A stretch of 32,000 nucleotides of DNA from Nitrosopumilus sp. K4 (lineage in GTDB: Archaea > Thermoproteota > Nitrososphaeria > Nitrososphaerales > Nitrosopumilaceae): NCBI RefSeq assembly GCF_018128925.1, contig NZ_CP067007.1, positions 1,298,330-1,330,329 of the forward strand, read 5' to 3'. The position numbers and the translations under genes are program-made. Shown here piece by piece: positions 8,061-16,518 of the stretch; position 1 is the first letter of the stretch, and each line of letters begins with the position of its first letter. The notes under the pieces are model-generated. The model ran no database searches and had not been told where the DNA came from. It saw only the letters and a program-made list of their open reading frames with translations.

Positions 8061-9046
8061 GCTACAACCTCTCGTCTTTTCTTAGTAAAATACCAAACTA
8101 CAGGAAATAGAATCAGTAATGCAAATAGTACAGGTACAAATTCTTCTGCTAATTCAGCAGTGTGTTCATGTTCATGGTCACCAACGTGGAATTCGGGAGG
8201 GACAGGTGTCATTGAAACCAAATTATTCCATGCAATATGAATAAATGTACTCTCATACCATTCATGTCCTCCAGGTATTCCATTGATTATCAGAAATGCA
8301 CCAATTATAATTAACATCCATCCAGTAAGTTTTTCAATTTTTTCACGGTTTGTGGTAATTCCCTTTGTTGCATTAACTCCAACAATAGCTAGAATTGATA
8401 ACAATATCAAAGGAATAGCTCTTCCAACACCATGAACTGCACCCAAGCTTGCTCCAATCTCAACACTACCAGTTCCTGCGATGTAAATTAAAAGCCAGTA
8501 AAACATAGGGTTTGGGCATCCAACGCCAGCATTTCCTAGTAACAGCCCCATGAAAAAGGATTTTGAGTAATCGCCTCGTTTTTGGATGAATGAAGGGGTT
8601 CCAGAATAAGCTGGAAGTTTTAATTTAAATAATTTTAATTGAGACATTCCGAAAACAAATGCGGCTATTCCTGCAATCAAAAACATGTAAGATGAGATTT
8701 GATCAAGGTCTGCGGTTTGTCCTATTGCACCAATCCCAAAACCGTAAGACGATATTGTAATTGTCAGTCCTGCACCAAACAGCAACGACATTAAGAGTCC
8801 CTTTTTTGCACCTTTTCCCATGCTAAGTGGGATAATAATGAAAACTAGTGGAAGAGTGCATGGAAGAATAATCATTGAAAGTCCTGCAAGATATGCCATG
8901 ATTAGCCATGAAGGGTACGAAAGCTCTTGGCCTGCACTAATTGCAACATCATTTGTTAGTGCAAAAATACCGCCAACAAATATCAGAGAAAATAAAATAA
9001 AAACAGCAACAATTAGAGATTTTTTTGCTGCAATTTGTTCAGTCAT
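8057..9046 (-). CDS. ccdA: CcdA/DsbD-family thiol-disulfide transporter-like membrane protein with His-rich C-terminal extension
   Basis: YLAGLSMIILPCTLPLV and GNAGVGCPNPMF resemble the two PC-motif helices of CcdA. There is an extra C-terminal FHVGDHEHEHT segment plus a TM helix. The start is set at ATG 9046 (MTEQIAAKK) because the track ORF's first 32 codons overlap tRNA-Val. Confidence 0.72.
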   Translation of the reverse strand: MTEQIAAKKSLIVAVFILFSLIFVGGIFALTNDVAISAGQELSYPSWLIMAYLAGLSMIILPCTLPLVFIIIPLSMGKGAKKGLLMSLLFGAGLTITISSYGFGIGAIGQTADLDQISSYMFLIAGIAAFVFGMSQLKLFKLKLPAYSGTPSFIQKRGDYSKSFFMGLLLGNAGVGCPNPMFYWLLIYIAGTGSVEIGASLGAVHGVGRAIPLILLSILAIVGVNATKGITTNREKIEKLTGWMLIIIGAFLIINGIPGGHEWYESTFIHIAWNNLVSMTPVPPEFHVGDHEHEHTAELAEEFVPVLFALLILFPVVWYFTKKRREVVA

Positions 9047-9089
9047 GAAGTAATTAGTACAATTGCCATATTTAATGAGCAAGAAATAG

Positions 9090-9164
9090 TGGGCCCACAG
9101 GGATTTGAACCCTGGATCTTCGCCGTGTAAGGGCGACGTCATAACCGACCTGGACTATGGGCCC
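9090..9164 (-). tRNA. tRNA-Val (anticodon UAC)
   Basis: Hand-folded cloverleaf: acceptor GGGCCCA/TGGGCCC, anticodon arm TCGCC-CTTACAC-GGCGA, T arm CAGGG-TTCAAAT-CCCTG, 75 nt including discriminator A. Confidence 0.9.
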
Positions 9165-9244
9165 GAAAACCTACCTTGTTAAAAACCATTTAAACTTTGA
9201 GACCATTAAAAATCTAGAAATTTAATTAGAAATTTACAACACAT

Positions 9245-10264
9245 ATGGTAGATATTGATTTTTTTTCTAGTCCAATAGGATTAGGCCATGCAACTAGAGA
9301 CATTGCAATAGCAAAACAATTTCAAGACATCTCACTCAAATTTGTGACTGGAAGTGGTGCTGCCAAAATTATCCAAGACTCAAGTTTTAATGTAGAAAAT
9401 CTGTACATGCCACCAAAATTTATTGTAGAAAATGGAAAGTTAAAAAGTCCTGCAAAATGGCTGTGGAGTTATTTTCAATATTACAAAGAATGTAAAAAGA
9501 TCTCAAAGAAGATTATTGAAAAGGACAATCCAAGAATAGTTTTGAGTGATGAGGATTTTGCATCACTAACAATTGCTCAAAAGAAAAAAATACCAACTGT
9601 ATTGATCACAGATATTTTGGAAACTCATTTTGTAAGAGGAATTGGTTCATTTATTGAAAAAAAGATGAATAAATCAATGCAAAACATCATTGAAAAATGT
9701 GAATTGGTTATTTTACCTGAGTTTGGGGAAAATAAAGGCAATATCAAAAGAGTAGGGCCAATTACAAGACATATAAAATATTCCAGAGAAGAATTGCGCA
9801 AGAAGTTTTCATTTGATAAAAAAACCATACTTATTTCAGTTGGAGGAACTGATGCAGGATTATTTTTAATAGAAAAAACACTAGATGCTGTAAAGAAAAT
9901 TAATAGTGATGTAAAAGTGGTGGTTGTTTCAGGACCTTCTTTACAAAAAGATTTTGAAAAATATGTGACAAATTTAGGATATGTAGACAACTTGCATGAG
10001 TTTATTTTTGCATCAGACTTACTAATTTCTCTTGCAGGAAAATCAACTATAGATGAAGCAAAAGCATATGGTACGCCAGCAATATTTATTCCAATTAAGG
10101 GGCATTTTGAACAGGAAGACAATGCCAGAGAAGAAGGTTTTGAGTTCGAAGACATTTTCAAATTGGAAACAATGATCGAAGAAAAACTAACACAAAAGCG
10201 AACTTCAGTGTATTCAGATGGGGCCTCAAAGGCCGCCAAACTAATCACAGATTTAATTAAATAA
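9245..10264 (+). CDS. Glycosyltransferase (GT28 / MJ1255-like family)
   Basis: 339 aa. N-terminal SSPIGLGHATRDIAIA and the C-terminal nucleotide-sugar-binding-like block SLAGKSTIDEAKAYGTPAIFIP are typical of MurG-like GT-B enzymes. Confidence 0.7.
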   Translation: MVDIDFFSSPIGLGHATRDIAIAKQFQDISLKFVTGSGAAKIIQDSSFNVENLYMPPKFIVENGKLKSPAKWLWSYFQYYKECKKISKKIIEKDNPRIVLSDEDFASLTIAQKKKIPTVLITDILETHFVRGIGSFIEKKMNKSMQNIIEKCELVILPEFGENKGNIKRVGPITRHIKYSREELRKKFSFDKKTILISVGGTDAGLFLIEKTLDAVKKINSDVKVVVVSGPSLQKDFEKYVTNLGYVDNLHEFIFASDLLISLAGKSTIDEAKAYGTPAIFIPIKGHFEQEDNAREEGFEFEDIFKLETMIEEKLTQKRTSVYSDGASKAAKLITDLIK

Positions 10265-10314
10265 TTTTTTGATCCAATGCTTAATAGATGGCCAATAATT
10301 TTTCTTAAAGTACC

Positions 10315-11730
10315 ATGACAAAACTAGTAGTTGCTAAATTTGGAGGAAGTGCAATCGGTCCTAATGGAGAGGCGATTCCAAAAATAATTGAAAGAATTAA
10401 TGATTTAAAAAAAGATTCAAAGGTTCTTGCAGTTTTTTCAGCACCACTAACTACAGATAATGGAAAAAAACGCTCACTTACTGATGTTATATTAGAACAG
10501 GGCAGAAATGCTGAAAGTGGTTCTAAAGTAAATCTTGAACTAGTAAAATCAACTTATGATAAAATTTTGGATATGGTAGATTCGGATAATAAAGAGGAAT
10601 GCAAAAAAACAATGGATTCATTCCTAGAAATGGCTAAAAATGCATTAGAAGAGGCCCTAGAAAAAAGGCAATTTGCAGATGAGGTACGTTCACGTGCCTT
10701 AGCATTTTCGGGTGAAATTCTCATGTCCCATGTAATGAACTACATCTTGAGAAGCAATGGAATGAAAAGTGATGCTGTAAGTTTTGCTGATTGGCCAATA
10801 ATTACAGATCACAACATAGAATCTACAAATTTTCTGGCATCAAAATCACGTGACAGATTAGAAAATACAGAGAAGATGGTAGAACAAAATGATGTTGTAA
10901 CAATTGGAGGATTTATTGGAAAAACTGAAGATGGAATCACAACAACATATGAACGTGGGGGCTCAGATAGAACAGCAGCTGATCTAGGAATACTATTTCA
11001 TAAAAAATATGAAACTAGAATAGATTTTGAAAAAGACAGTTCCGTAGTATCTGCAGATCCAAAAATCGTTGAATCAGGATTAACAGAAGTAGTTCAGTTA
11101 TCATATAATGAAGCAAGATTAGCTGGAATGTTTGGAATGAAAATTTTGGATCCGATAGCTATCAAAGAGATTGTTGAAAATGGGGTAGACATGCCAATAA
11201 TAGTTACTAACATGAAAGATCCATCAAAAACAACAACAATCAAAAGAATTCCAGACAACAAAGAAGGACATCCAATCAAAATTGTTACAGGAAAAGAAAA
11301 TTGTGCAATATTTAGAATTGAAACAACAAATGTTCAAAAATTACTTACATCTCTAGAGAAAGATAAAAGATATAGTGAATTCATAATATTGTCACCTTTT
11401 ACTAAAGACGGTATTGAATTTTCAAGGATATTGTTTCTTGATGGAGATTATGTTAAAAGAAATGAAAAATATTTCTTAGGATTTGATTCTCTTGCAACAA
11501 TAACATACAACAGAGGAGTAATCACATTAATTGGAGATGAAATGTGGAGAGTTCAACAAGTTGCATCAAGAACTAGTGCAAGAATAGGTGAAGAGGGATT
11601 AAACATCTTGAATATGGATGCGCAAGAAGAGACTTCAAGAATAATCATTGTTGTGGAAGATTCCGAAGGGAATATCAGAAAGGCGATTAGTGCAGTACAC
11701 GACGAAAAATCAAAAATAAATTTTGTATAA
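10315..11730 (+). CDS. lysC: Aspartate kinase
   Basis: 471 aa. Amino-acid-kinase motifs VAKFGGSAIG and ERGGSDRTAADLG, with an ACT-like C-terminal regulatory region. Confidence 0.85.
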   Translation: MTKLVVAKFGGSAIGPNGEAIPKIIERINDLKKDSKVLAVFSAPLTTDNGKKRSLTDVILEQGRNAESGSKVNLELVKSTYDKILDMVDSDNKEECKKTMDSFLEMAKNALEEALEKRQFADEVRSRALAFSGEILMSHVMNYILRSNGMKSDAVSFADWPIITDHNIESTNFLASKSRDRLENTEKMVEQNDVVTIGGFIGKTEDGITTTYERGGSDRTAADLGILFHKKYETRIDFEKDSSVVSADPKIVESGLTEVVQLSYNEARLAGMFGMKILDPIAIKEIVENGVDMPIIVTNMKDPSKTTTIKRIPDNKEGHPIKIVTGKENCAIFRIETTNVQKLLTSLEKDKRYSEFIILSPFTKDGIEFSRILFLDGDYVKRNEKYFLGFDSLATITYNRGVITLIGDEMWRVQQVASRTSARIGEEGLNILNMDAQEETSRIIIVVEDSEGNIRKAISAVHDEKSKINFV

Positions 11731-11886
11731 TTAGTTGAGTGTAACAGGCGTTACTGATTTTCATCAGCACCGCCAAACTGGGTTTGTTCTTGGGACCATT
11801 ATCTAGATTTAGCCCGGCGTTACCCAAAACACGCGTTAAGTATAGTTATCATTTCTACTATTTAGAGCTGATCTATATAGATCCGT

Positions 11887-12141
11887 TTACATACGCTCAG
11901 CTAAAAACCACAAAACCAAACCAAGTCCAATCAACGCATACCACTTGAAGTTTTTCTTATTCATGAAAACATTGGGTGAGGCTAATTCTTCATCATTGTA
12001 TGTAGTAAAACGGATTTTTCTCATCTCAAAGGCTTGCCCAACTAATCCAACAATTAAAAGAGCAATTGCAGGAAACCCCAAAAACCATTCCATGGTAAAA
12101 ATAGGATTACACAGAATATGTAGTTTCCATGTTGTGCTCAT
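11887..12141 (-). CDS. Hypothetical small membrane protein (2 TM)
   Basis: 84-aa ORF with two hydrophobic helices. The start is uncertain (internal Met at MEWFLGF). Confidence 0.45.
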   Translation of the reverse strand: MSTTWKLHILCNPIFTMEWFLGFPAIALLIVGLVGQAFEMRKIRFTTYNDEELASPNVFMNKKNFKWYALIGLGLVLWFLAERM

Positions 12142-12185
12142 TTTGAAGATAATTCTTTAAATTGGTAGTGTTTTTTTCGTCTCCT

Positions 12186-13100
12186 ATGCAAGAAGTTGGA
12201 AAAATTTGGATGAATGGGAAATTGATACCATTCAAAGATGCCAAAGTACACGTTCTAACTCATGCACTTCATTATTCAACATCAATTTTTGAAGGAATTC
12301 GTTGTTATGATACCCCTAAAGGTTCTGCAATTTTTAGATTACCTGAACATGTAGATCGATTTTTCAAATCAGCAAAACTATATTCAATGAAAATGCAATT
12401 TTCAAAAAAAGAAATATCAGATGCAATCATCAAGACAGTAAAAGCAAGTGGCCTCAAAGAATGTTACATTAGACCTCTAGCATATTACGGATACGGTACA
12501 ATGGGATTAACTCCAACACATAACAAAGTGGATGTTTCTATAGCATGTTGGGAATGGAAGATGGGAGAGTCAAAAGCTGGAAAATTCTCAGGTGCAAAAT
12601 GTAAGGTTTCAAGTTGGATTAAGATTGATTCAAGATCACAGCCAATGCAAGCAAAAGCTGCATCAAATTATGCAAATGCCGCATTAGCCAGAGTTGAAGC
12701 ACTAGAAAATGGTTATGATGAGGCAATCATGCTAAATATTCATGGAAAAATCGCAGAAGGCAGTGCTGAAAATATTTTTGTTGTTAAAGACGACATTATT
12801 CAAACCCCGCCACTTTCAGCTGGAGGATTAGAAGGCATTACAAGAGACAGCGTAATTCAGATAATAGAAGCAAACGGAGGATTTGTAATTGAAAGAGACC
12901 TTGAAAGAGATGATCTTTATGCAGCTGATGAAATATTTATGACAGGAACTGCTGCAGAAGTAAAATCTGTTTCTCAAATTGATAAAGTAAAGATAGGAAC
13001 AGGAAAGATGGGAACAATTACTAAAGCATTACAAAAATCATTTTCAGATGCTGCATTGGGAAAAGATGAAAGATTTTTGCCATGGTTGACATATTTGTAA
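12186..13100 (+). CDS. ilvE: Branched-chain amino acid aminotransferase
   Basis: Class IV aminotransferase blocks (HYSTSIFEGIRCY, KAASNYANAALA, GTAAEV). The first ATG at 12186 is preferred over the TTG at 12162. Confidence 0.9.
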   Translation: MQEVGKIWMNGKLIPFKDAKVHVLTHALHYSTSIFEGIRCYDTPKGSAIFRLPEHVDRFFKSAKLYSMKMQFSKKEISDAIIKTVKASGLKECYIRPLAYYGYGTMGLTPTHNKVDVSIACWEWKMGESKAGKFSGAKCKVSSWIKIDSRSQPMQAKAASNYANAALARVEALENGYDEAIMLNIHGKIAEGSAENIFVVKDDIIQTPPLSAGGLEGITRDSVIQIIEANGGFVIERDLERDDLYAADEIFMTGTAAEVKSVSQIDKVKIGTGKMGTITKALQKSFSDAALGKDERFLPWLTYL

Positions 13101-13142
13101 ATATTAAGAAGTTTTTTATCATCAATTTATACTCATAAAATC

Positions 13143-13304
13143 ATGGAATCCTGTTCAACTGGCGACACTCAAGAGATTTGTTGGTTCTGTAGAAAAGGTA
13201 GACATGCAGACTGTATGAAAGAAATTCCTACAGATGGAAAGTCTGATGGGCCGCATGATTGCACATTTGATACAAAGATGATTCCTTGTAAATGCCAACA
13301 TTAG
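13143..13304 (+). CDS. Candidate Cys/His-rich small protein (53 aa), not in the ORF track
   Basis: Hand translation gives MESCSTGDTQEICWFCRKGRHADCMKEIPTDGKSDGPHDCTFDTKMIPCKCQH, with 7 Cys and 4 His. It fills an otherwise empty 227-nt gap between ilvE and the methyltransferase on the same strand. Confidence 0.4.
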   Translation: MESCSTGDTQEICWFCRKGRHADCMKEIPTDGKSDGPHDCTFDTKMIPCKCQH

Positions 13305-13339
13305 AGTAGTAACAAATACCAGAGTTTTTGAAACATTGT

Positions 13340-13894
13340 ATGAATTACAATAAAGAGTTTTGGGACAAGTACACTACAGAAAACGAAGCAAGATACAATG
13401 AAGAATTTGCAAAATTTGTAAGAGATTTGGCAATTTCCCTTCGTTGCAATAGCGTACTTGAGATAGGATGTGGTACAGGTATTGATTTAAGGTTATTTTC
13501 TGAATCGTTTGAGGTTAATGGTGTGGACCTTCATGATGAAGCATTAAAGATTGCAAAAGAGAAACAACCTGCAGGAAAATTCAAAAACAGTTCAATTACA
13601 GAATTACCGTTTGCAGACTCTTCAATAGATTTTGTATTTACTCATCAATTACTAAATTATCTCGATGATGAAACACTTGAAAAAGGAATTGCTGAAATGT
13701 ATAGAGTTGCTAGAAAATACATTATGAATTGTGAAAGATTTAGTATGATAGAAGAAAATATTGACAAAGATCACAAGTTTAGAAATATGAAAAAAAGGTG
13801 GATGGATTACAAGGTAAAAATTGTTAGCGATGTTGATATGCATGAAGAGATTGAACCAGATAAATCAAGATTTACATTATTGAAAAAACTATAG
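13340..13894 (+). CDS. Class I SAM-dependent methyltransferase
   Basis: SAM-binding motif I VLEIGCGTGIDL and a post-I acidic residue. The ATG at 13340 is preferred over the TTG at 13328. Confidence 0.8.
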   Translation: MNYNKEFWDKYTTENEARYNEEFAKFVRDLAISLRCNSVLEIGCGTGIDLRLFSESFEVNGVDLHDEALKIAKEKQPAGKFKNSSITELPFADSSIDFVFTHQLLNYLDDETLEKGIAEMYRVARKYIMNCERFSMIEENIDKDHKFRNMKKRWMDYKVKIVSDVDMHEEIEPDKSRFTLLKKL

Positions 13895-15685
13895 TTATTT
13901 TTTTGTAGAGATTTCATCATACAGTTTTACGTCAGATTTTGGTAATCTAATTGTAAATGTTGTAGGGTTGTTAGATACCGTTATTCTTCCACCATGTTGT
14001 TCTACAATATTTTTACAGCTTGCAAGTCCCAACCCAGTTCCTTTTTGTTTTGTGGTAAATAGTGGTTCAAAAATTTTGTCTTTCACAGCATCTGGAATTC
14101 CTGGACCAGAATCAACAAAGTCTATAATTACATCATCATATTTTTGACTGATTTTAATTTGAATATCACCACCATTATCCATAGCCTGAATAGAATTAAT
14201 TATCAAATTAATGAAAACAGCATCCATTTTTATCAGATCACAATCAATTGTTTTATCATCTCCAGAAATTGCAATTTTTATATCATGAGGAATACTGATT
14301 TTATCAATTGAGTTAAGAAGTGTTTTTCTTAATGAAACAGGTTCAAGTTTTAGAGGCGAGTTTCTAACATAGTCTAACACATCATCAACTTGATGAGAAA
14401 TTCTCTCAATACTTTTTTCAATTAAATCTAGTCTTTTAGTGATAACGGTATCTGAAATTTTTGTGTCTGCTGGATGTTGTTTAATCAAATCAACAGACAT
14501 TTTCATAACAGAGAGAGGGTTTCTAAGATCATGAGCCAAGCGACCAGATAACTCACCTATTGCAGATAATCGTTCAGCCTTGAGAACTTCATGGGTTTTT
14601 TCTTCAACTAGATTTTCAAGATTATTTTTTTGTTCCTCTAATTCTCTGGTTCGCATATAAACCATTTTTGTCAAACTCTTGTTAACTGTCAAAACAATCA
14701 TAGTAAAAACAGCAAGCATTGCAAAAACACCCATCATAATATTTTCTATTGATAGGCTTTCTTCAGAATCAACATATACTAAACTCGTTAACGATATCAA
14801 AACAACCATTGACACAATGATCAAAGTTAATGGAATTCCATATTTGCTGATTGTTTCAAATTGAATATTTTCAGAGAAAAATATTCCCTGATTCTTGTCA
14901 TTTGAGGTATAAGCCAGTTTTAGACGATTTTCAAGTGAAAATATCAACAGAATAAAACTATACAAATACATCAAGTCAACAGGATGTCCATCATAGTAAT
15001 TTCCGTCAAGTTCGGCAAACAAAAAGAAAGTATCTGAAACAGAATATATCAAAAATCCAAAAAGCAGTAGCATCCAAGAATAGTTTGCACCTCTTTTTGC
15101 CAAAAACATAATTCCAATTATTGCAGGCGTGATTTGGAACGCTGCTAAAATAGGATATGATAATGCAATGGATGTATCAAATGCGTGTTCACCCTCCATA
15201 TCATCATATGCTGCTGAAAATGAAGGGATCAGAAATGAGATTGAAAGCCCCATTGCAAACATCCAAACTTTTTTTGAAATAGATTTTCTAACCGGCTTTA
15301 AAGAAATTAACAAAAAGGCTACAAAGAAGGGATATGCTGCCATGTAGAAAATATCAGCTTCTGATGGAAATGGATCCATATCATAAATATGATCATAGAT
15401 TGCCCAGATTTGTTCAGCAGAAAACCAACACATGGCACCAATTGCAAATAACAAAAATGCTTTTGATTGAAAGTGATTTTGTTTGTGTAATTTAACTGCA
15501 AGAATTGAGGAAAGAACTACCAACAATCCAGGAATTATAGAGTATGATGGGACTGAAATCCACATAAATTGTGAATCGTCAAGAAATGGTCTTGCTTGAT
15601 AGATAAGAGTAATTCCAATAAGAGTTGAAATAAGGTAAATTATGGAACGCGTATGAGTTTTAGTATGTTTTTTTTCAAGTTGCAT
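13895..15685 (-). CDS. Sensor histidine kinase with large polytopic membrane N-terminal domain
   Basis: 596 aa. About 9-10 TM segments, a coiled linker, H-box SGRLAHDLRNPL, N box LIINSIQAM, G boxes DSGPGIP and GTGLGLA. Confidence 0.85.
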   Translation of the reverse strand: MQLEKKHTKTHTRSIIYLISTLIGITLIYQARPFLDDSQFMWISVPSYSIIPGLLVVLSSILAVKLHKQNHFQSKAFLLFAIGAMCWFSAEQIWAIYDHIYDMDPFPSEADIFYMAAYPFFVAFLLISLKPVRKSISKKVWMFAMGLSISFLIPSFSAAYDDMEGEHAFDTSIALSYPILAAFQITPAIIGIMFLAKRGANYSWMLLLFGFLIYSVSDTFFLFAELDGNYYDGHPVDLMYLYSFILLIFSLENRLKLAYTSNDKNQGIFFSENIQFETISKYGIPLTLIIVSMVVLISLTSLVYVDSEESLSIENIMMGVFAMLAVFTMIVLTVNKSLTKMVYMRTRELEEQKNNLENLVEEKTHEVLKAERLSAIGELSGRLAHDLRNPLSVMKMSVDLIKQHPADTKISDTVITKRLDLIEKSIERISHQVDDVLDYVRNSPLKLEPVSLRKTLLNSIDKISIPHDIKIAISGDDKTIDCDLIKMDAVFINLIINSIQAMDNGGDIQIKISQKYDDVIIDFVDSGPGIPDAVKDKIFEPLFTTKQKGTGLGLASCKNIVEQHGGRITVSNNPTTFTIRLPKSDVKLYDEISTKK

Positions 15686-15852
15686 TAGTATTCAGCTCCT
15701 AACTTCATACTTTTTCTAAATGAACAGATATAATAGATTTTCCCTTGCCCCATCATACAAATTTGTATAGAATTCAAATAGTTAATCCTCTTTGTGTAAC
15801 ATAAATTACATACAGAAGAATAATTAATATAATAATAGGTTCATACTTTGAT

Positions 15853-16233
15853 ATGAACAAAACTATCTTAGTGGCTGAAGACGATATTGATTTACTAAAA
15901 ATTTATGCTGAAATTTTAGAGTATAACGGATTTGATGTCAAAACTGCCACAGACGGAGAAGAGGCAGTATCAGCATATGAAGAGGTTTCTCCAGGATTGG
16001 TGATTTTAGATGGGGATATGCCTACTATGAATGGTTTTGAAGCATTTTCAACCATTATCAAAAAAGACAAAAATGCTAATGTGGTTATTGTTACCGGTTA
16101 TTCTGATTTTGATAAAAAATGCAGTAATGCATTACAAAATGGATTAATTTCAGTGGTTTCAAAACCAATTGGGTTAGATAAGCTGTTAGAATTAGCTAGA
16201 AAATATTGTAATGAGTTTATTTTTGAGAAATAA
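15853..16233 (+). CDS. Single-domain response regulator (CheY-like receiver)
   Basis: 126 aa. ILVAEDD acidic pocket, phospho-acceptor Asp in LVILDGDMPTMNG, conserved VVSKP Lys. No output domain. Confidence 0.85.
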   Translation: MNKTILVAEDDIDLLKIYAEILEYNGFDVKTATDGEEAVSAYEEVSPGLVILDGDMPTMNGFEAFSTIIKKDKNANVVIVTGYSDFDKKCSNALQNGLISVVSKPIGLDKLLELARKYCNEFIFEK

Positions 16234-16384
16234 AATTAGTTTTCAGAAAGATCTATAAGCTGAATTGAAACAAAAAAAGATATGACAAATAATTGGTGGA
16301 GTGGAATGCCAGAAGAAATTGAAAAAGATTTGGAAAGTTTGTCTGAATCAAACAATTAAGATAATTTTTAAAAATTTGAAAAAG

Positions 16385-16458
16385 CGGGTCTAGAGGGATT
16401 CGGACCCTCGACAGCAGGATTAAGAGTCCTGTGCGCTACCTGGCTGCGCCATAGACCC
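16385..16458 (-). tRNA. tRNA-Lys (anticodon CUU)
   Basis: Hand-folded: acceptor GGGTCTA/TAGACCC, D arm GCGC-AGCCAGGTA-GCGC, anticodon arm CAGGA-CTCTTAA-TCCTG, T arm GAGGG-TCCGAAT-CCCTC, 74 nt. Confidence 0.85.
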
Positions 16459-16518
16459 ACTAAAAATAGAAATGCCTAGAGTTGTTATTAATCTTAAGAT
16501 TTTAAAAGAAAGGAAAAT

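Noticed and set aside
9047-9142. N-terminal 32 codons of track ORF 8057..9142 (MTSPLHGEDPGFKSLWAH...)
   Set aside because: This stretch overlaps the tRNA-Val gene (9090-9164) on the same strand. The internal ATG at 9046 gives a sensible membrane-protein N-terminus.
9625-10248. 207-aa minus-strand ORF inside the glycosyltransferase gene
   Set aside because: It is an antisense shadow ORF. Its sequence is Ser/Phe/Ile-rich with no motifs, while the plus-strand frame has clear GT-B features.
11741-11905. Possible 5S rRNA, suggested by the CCCAAAACACGCGTTAAG segment resembling the 5S loop-B/helix-III region
   Set aside because: The flanking sequence is AT-rich and cannot form helix I or the helix IV/V region. 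The required length would also overlap the neighbouring ORF.
16282-16359. 25-aa ORF MTNNWWSGMPEEIEKDLESLSESNN between the receiver gene and tRNA-Lys
   Set aside because: It is too short and featureless to call from sequence alone, and there are no coupling signals.
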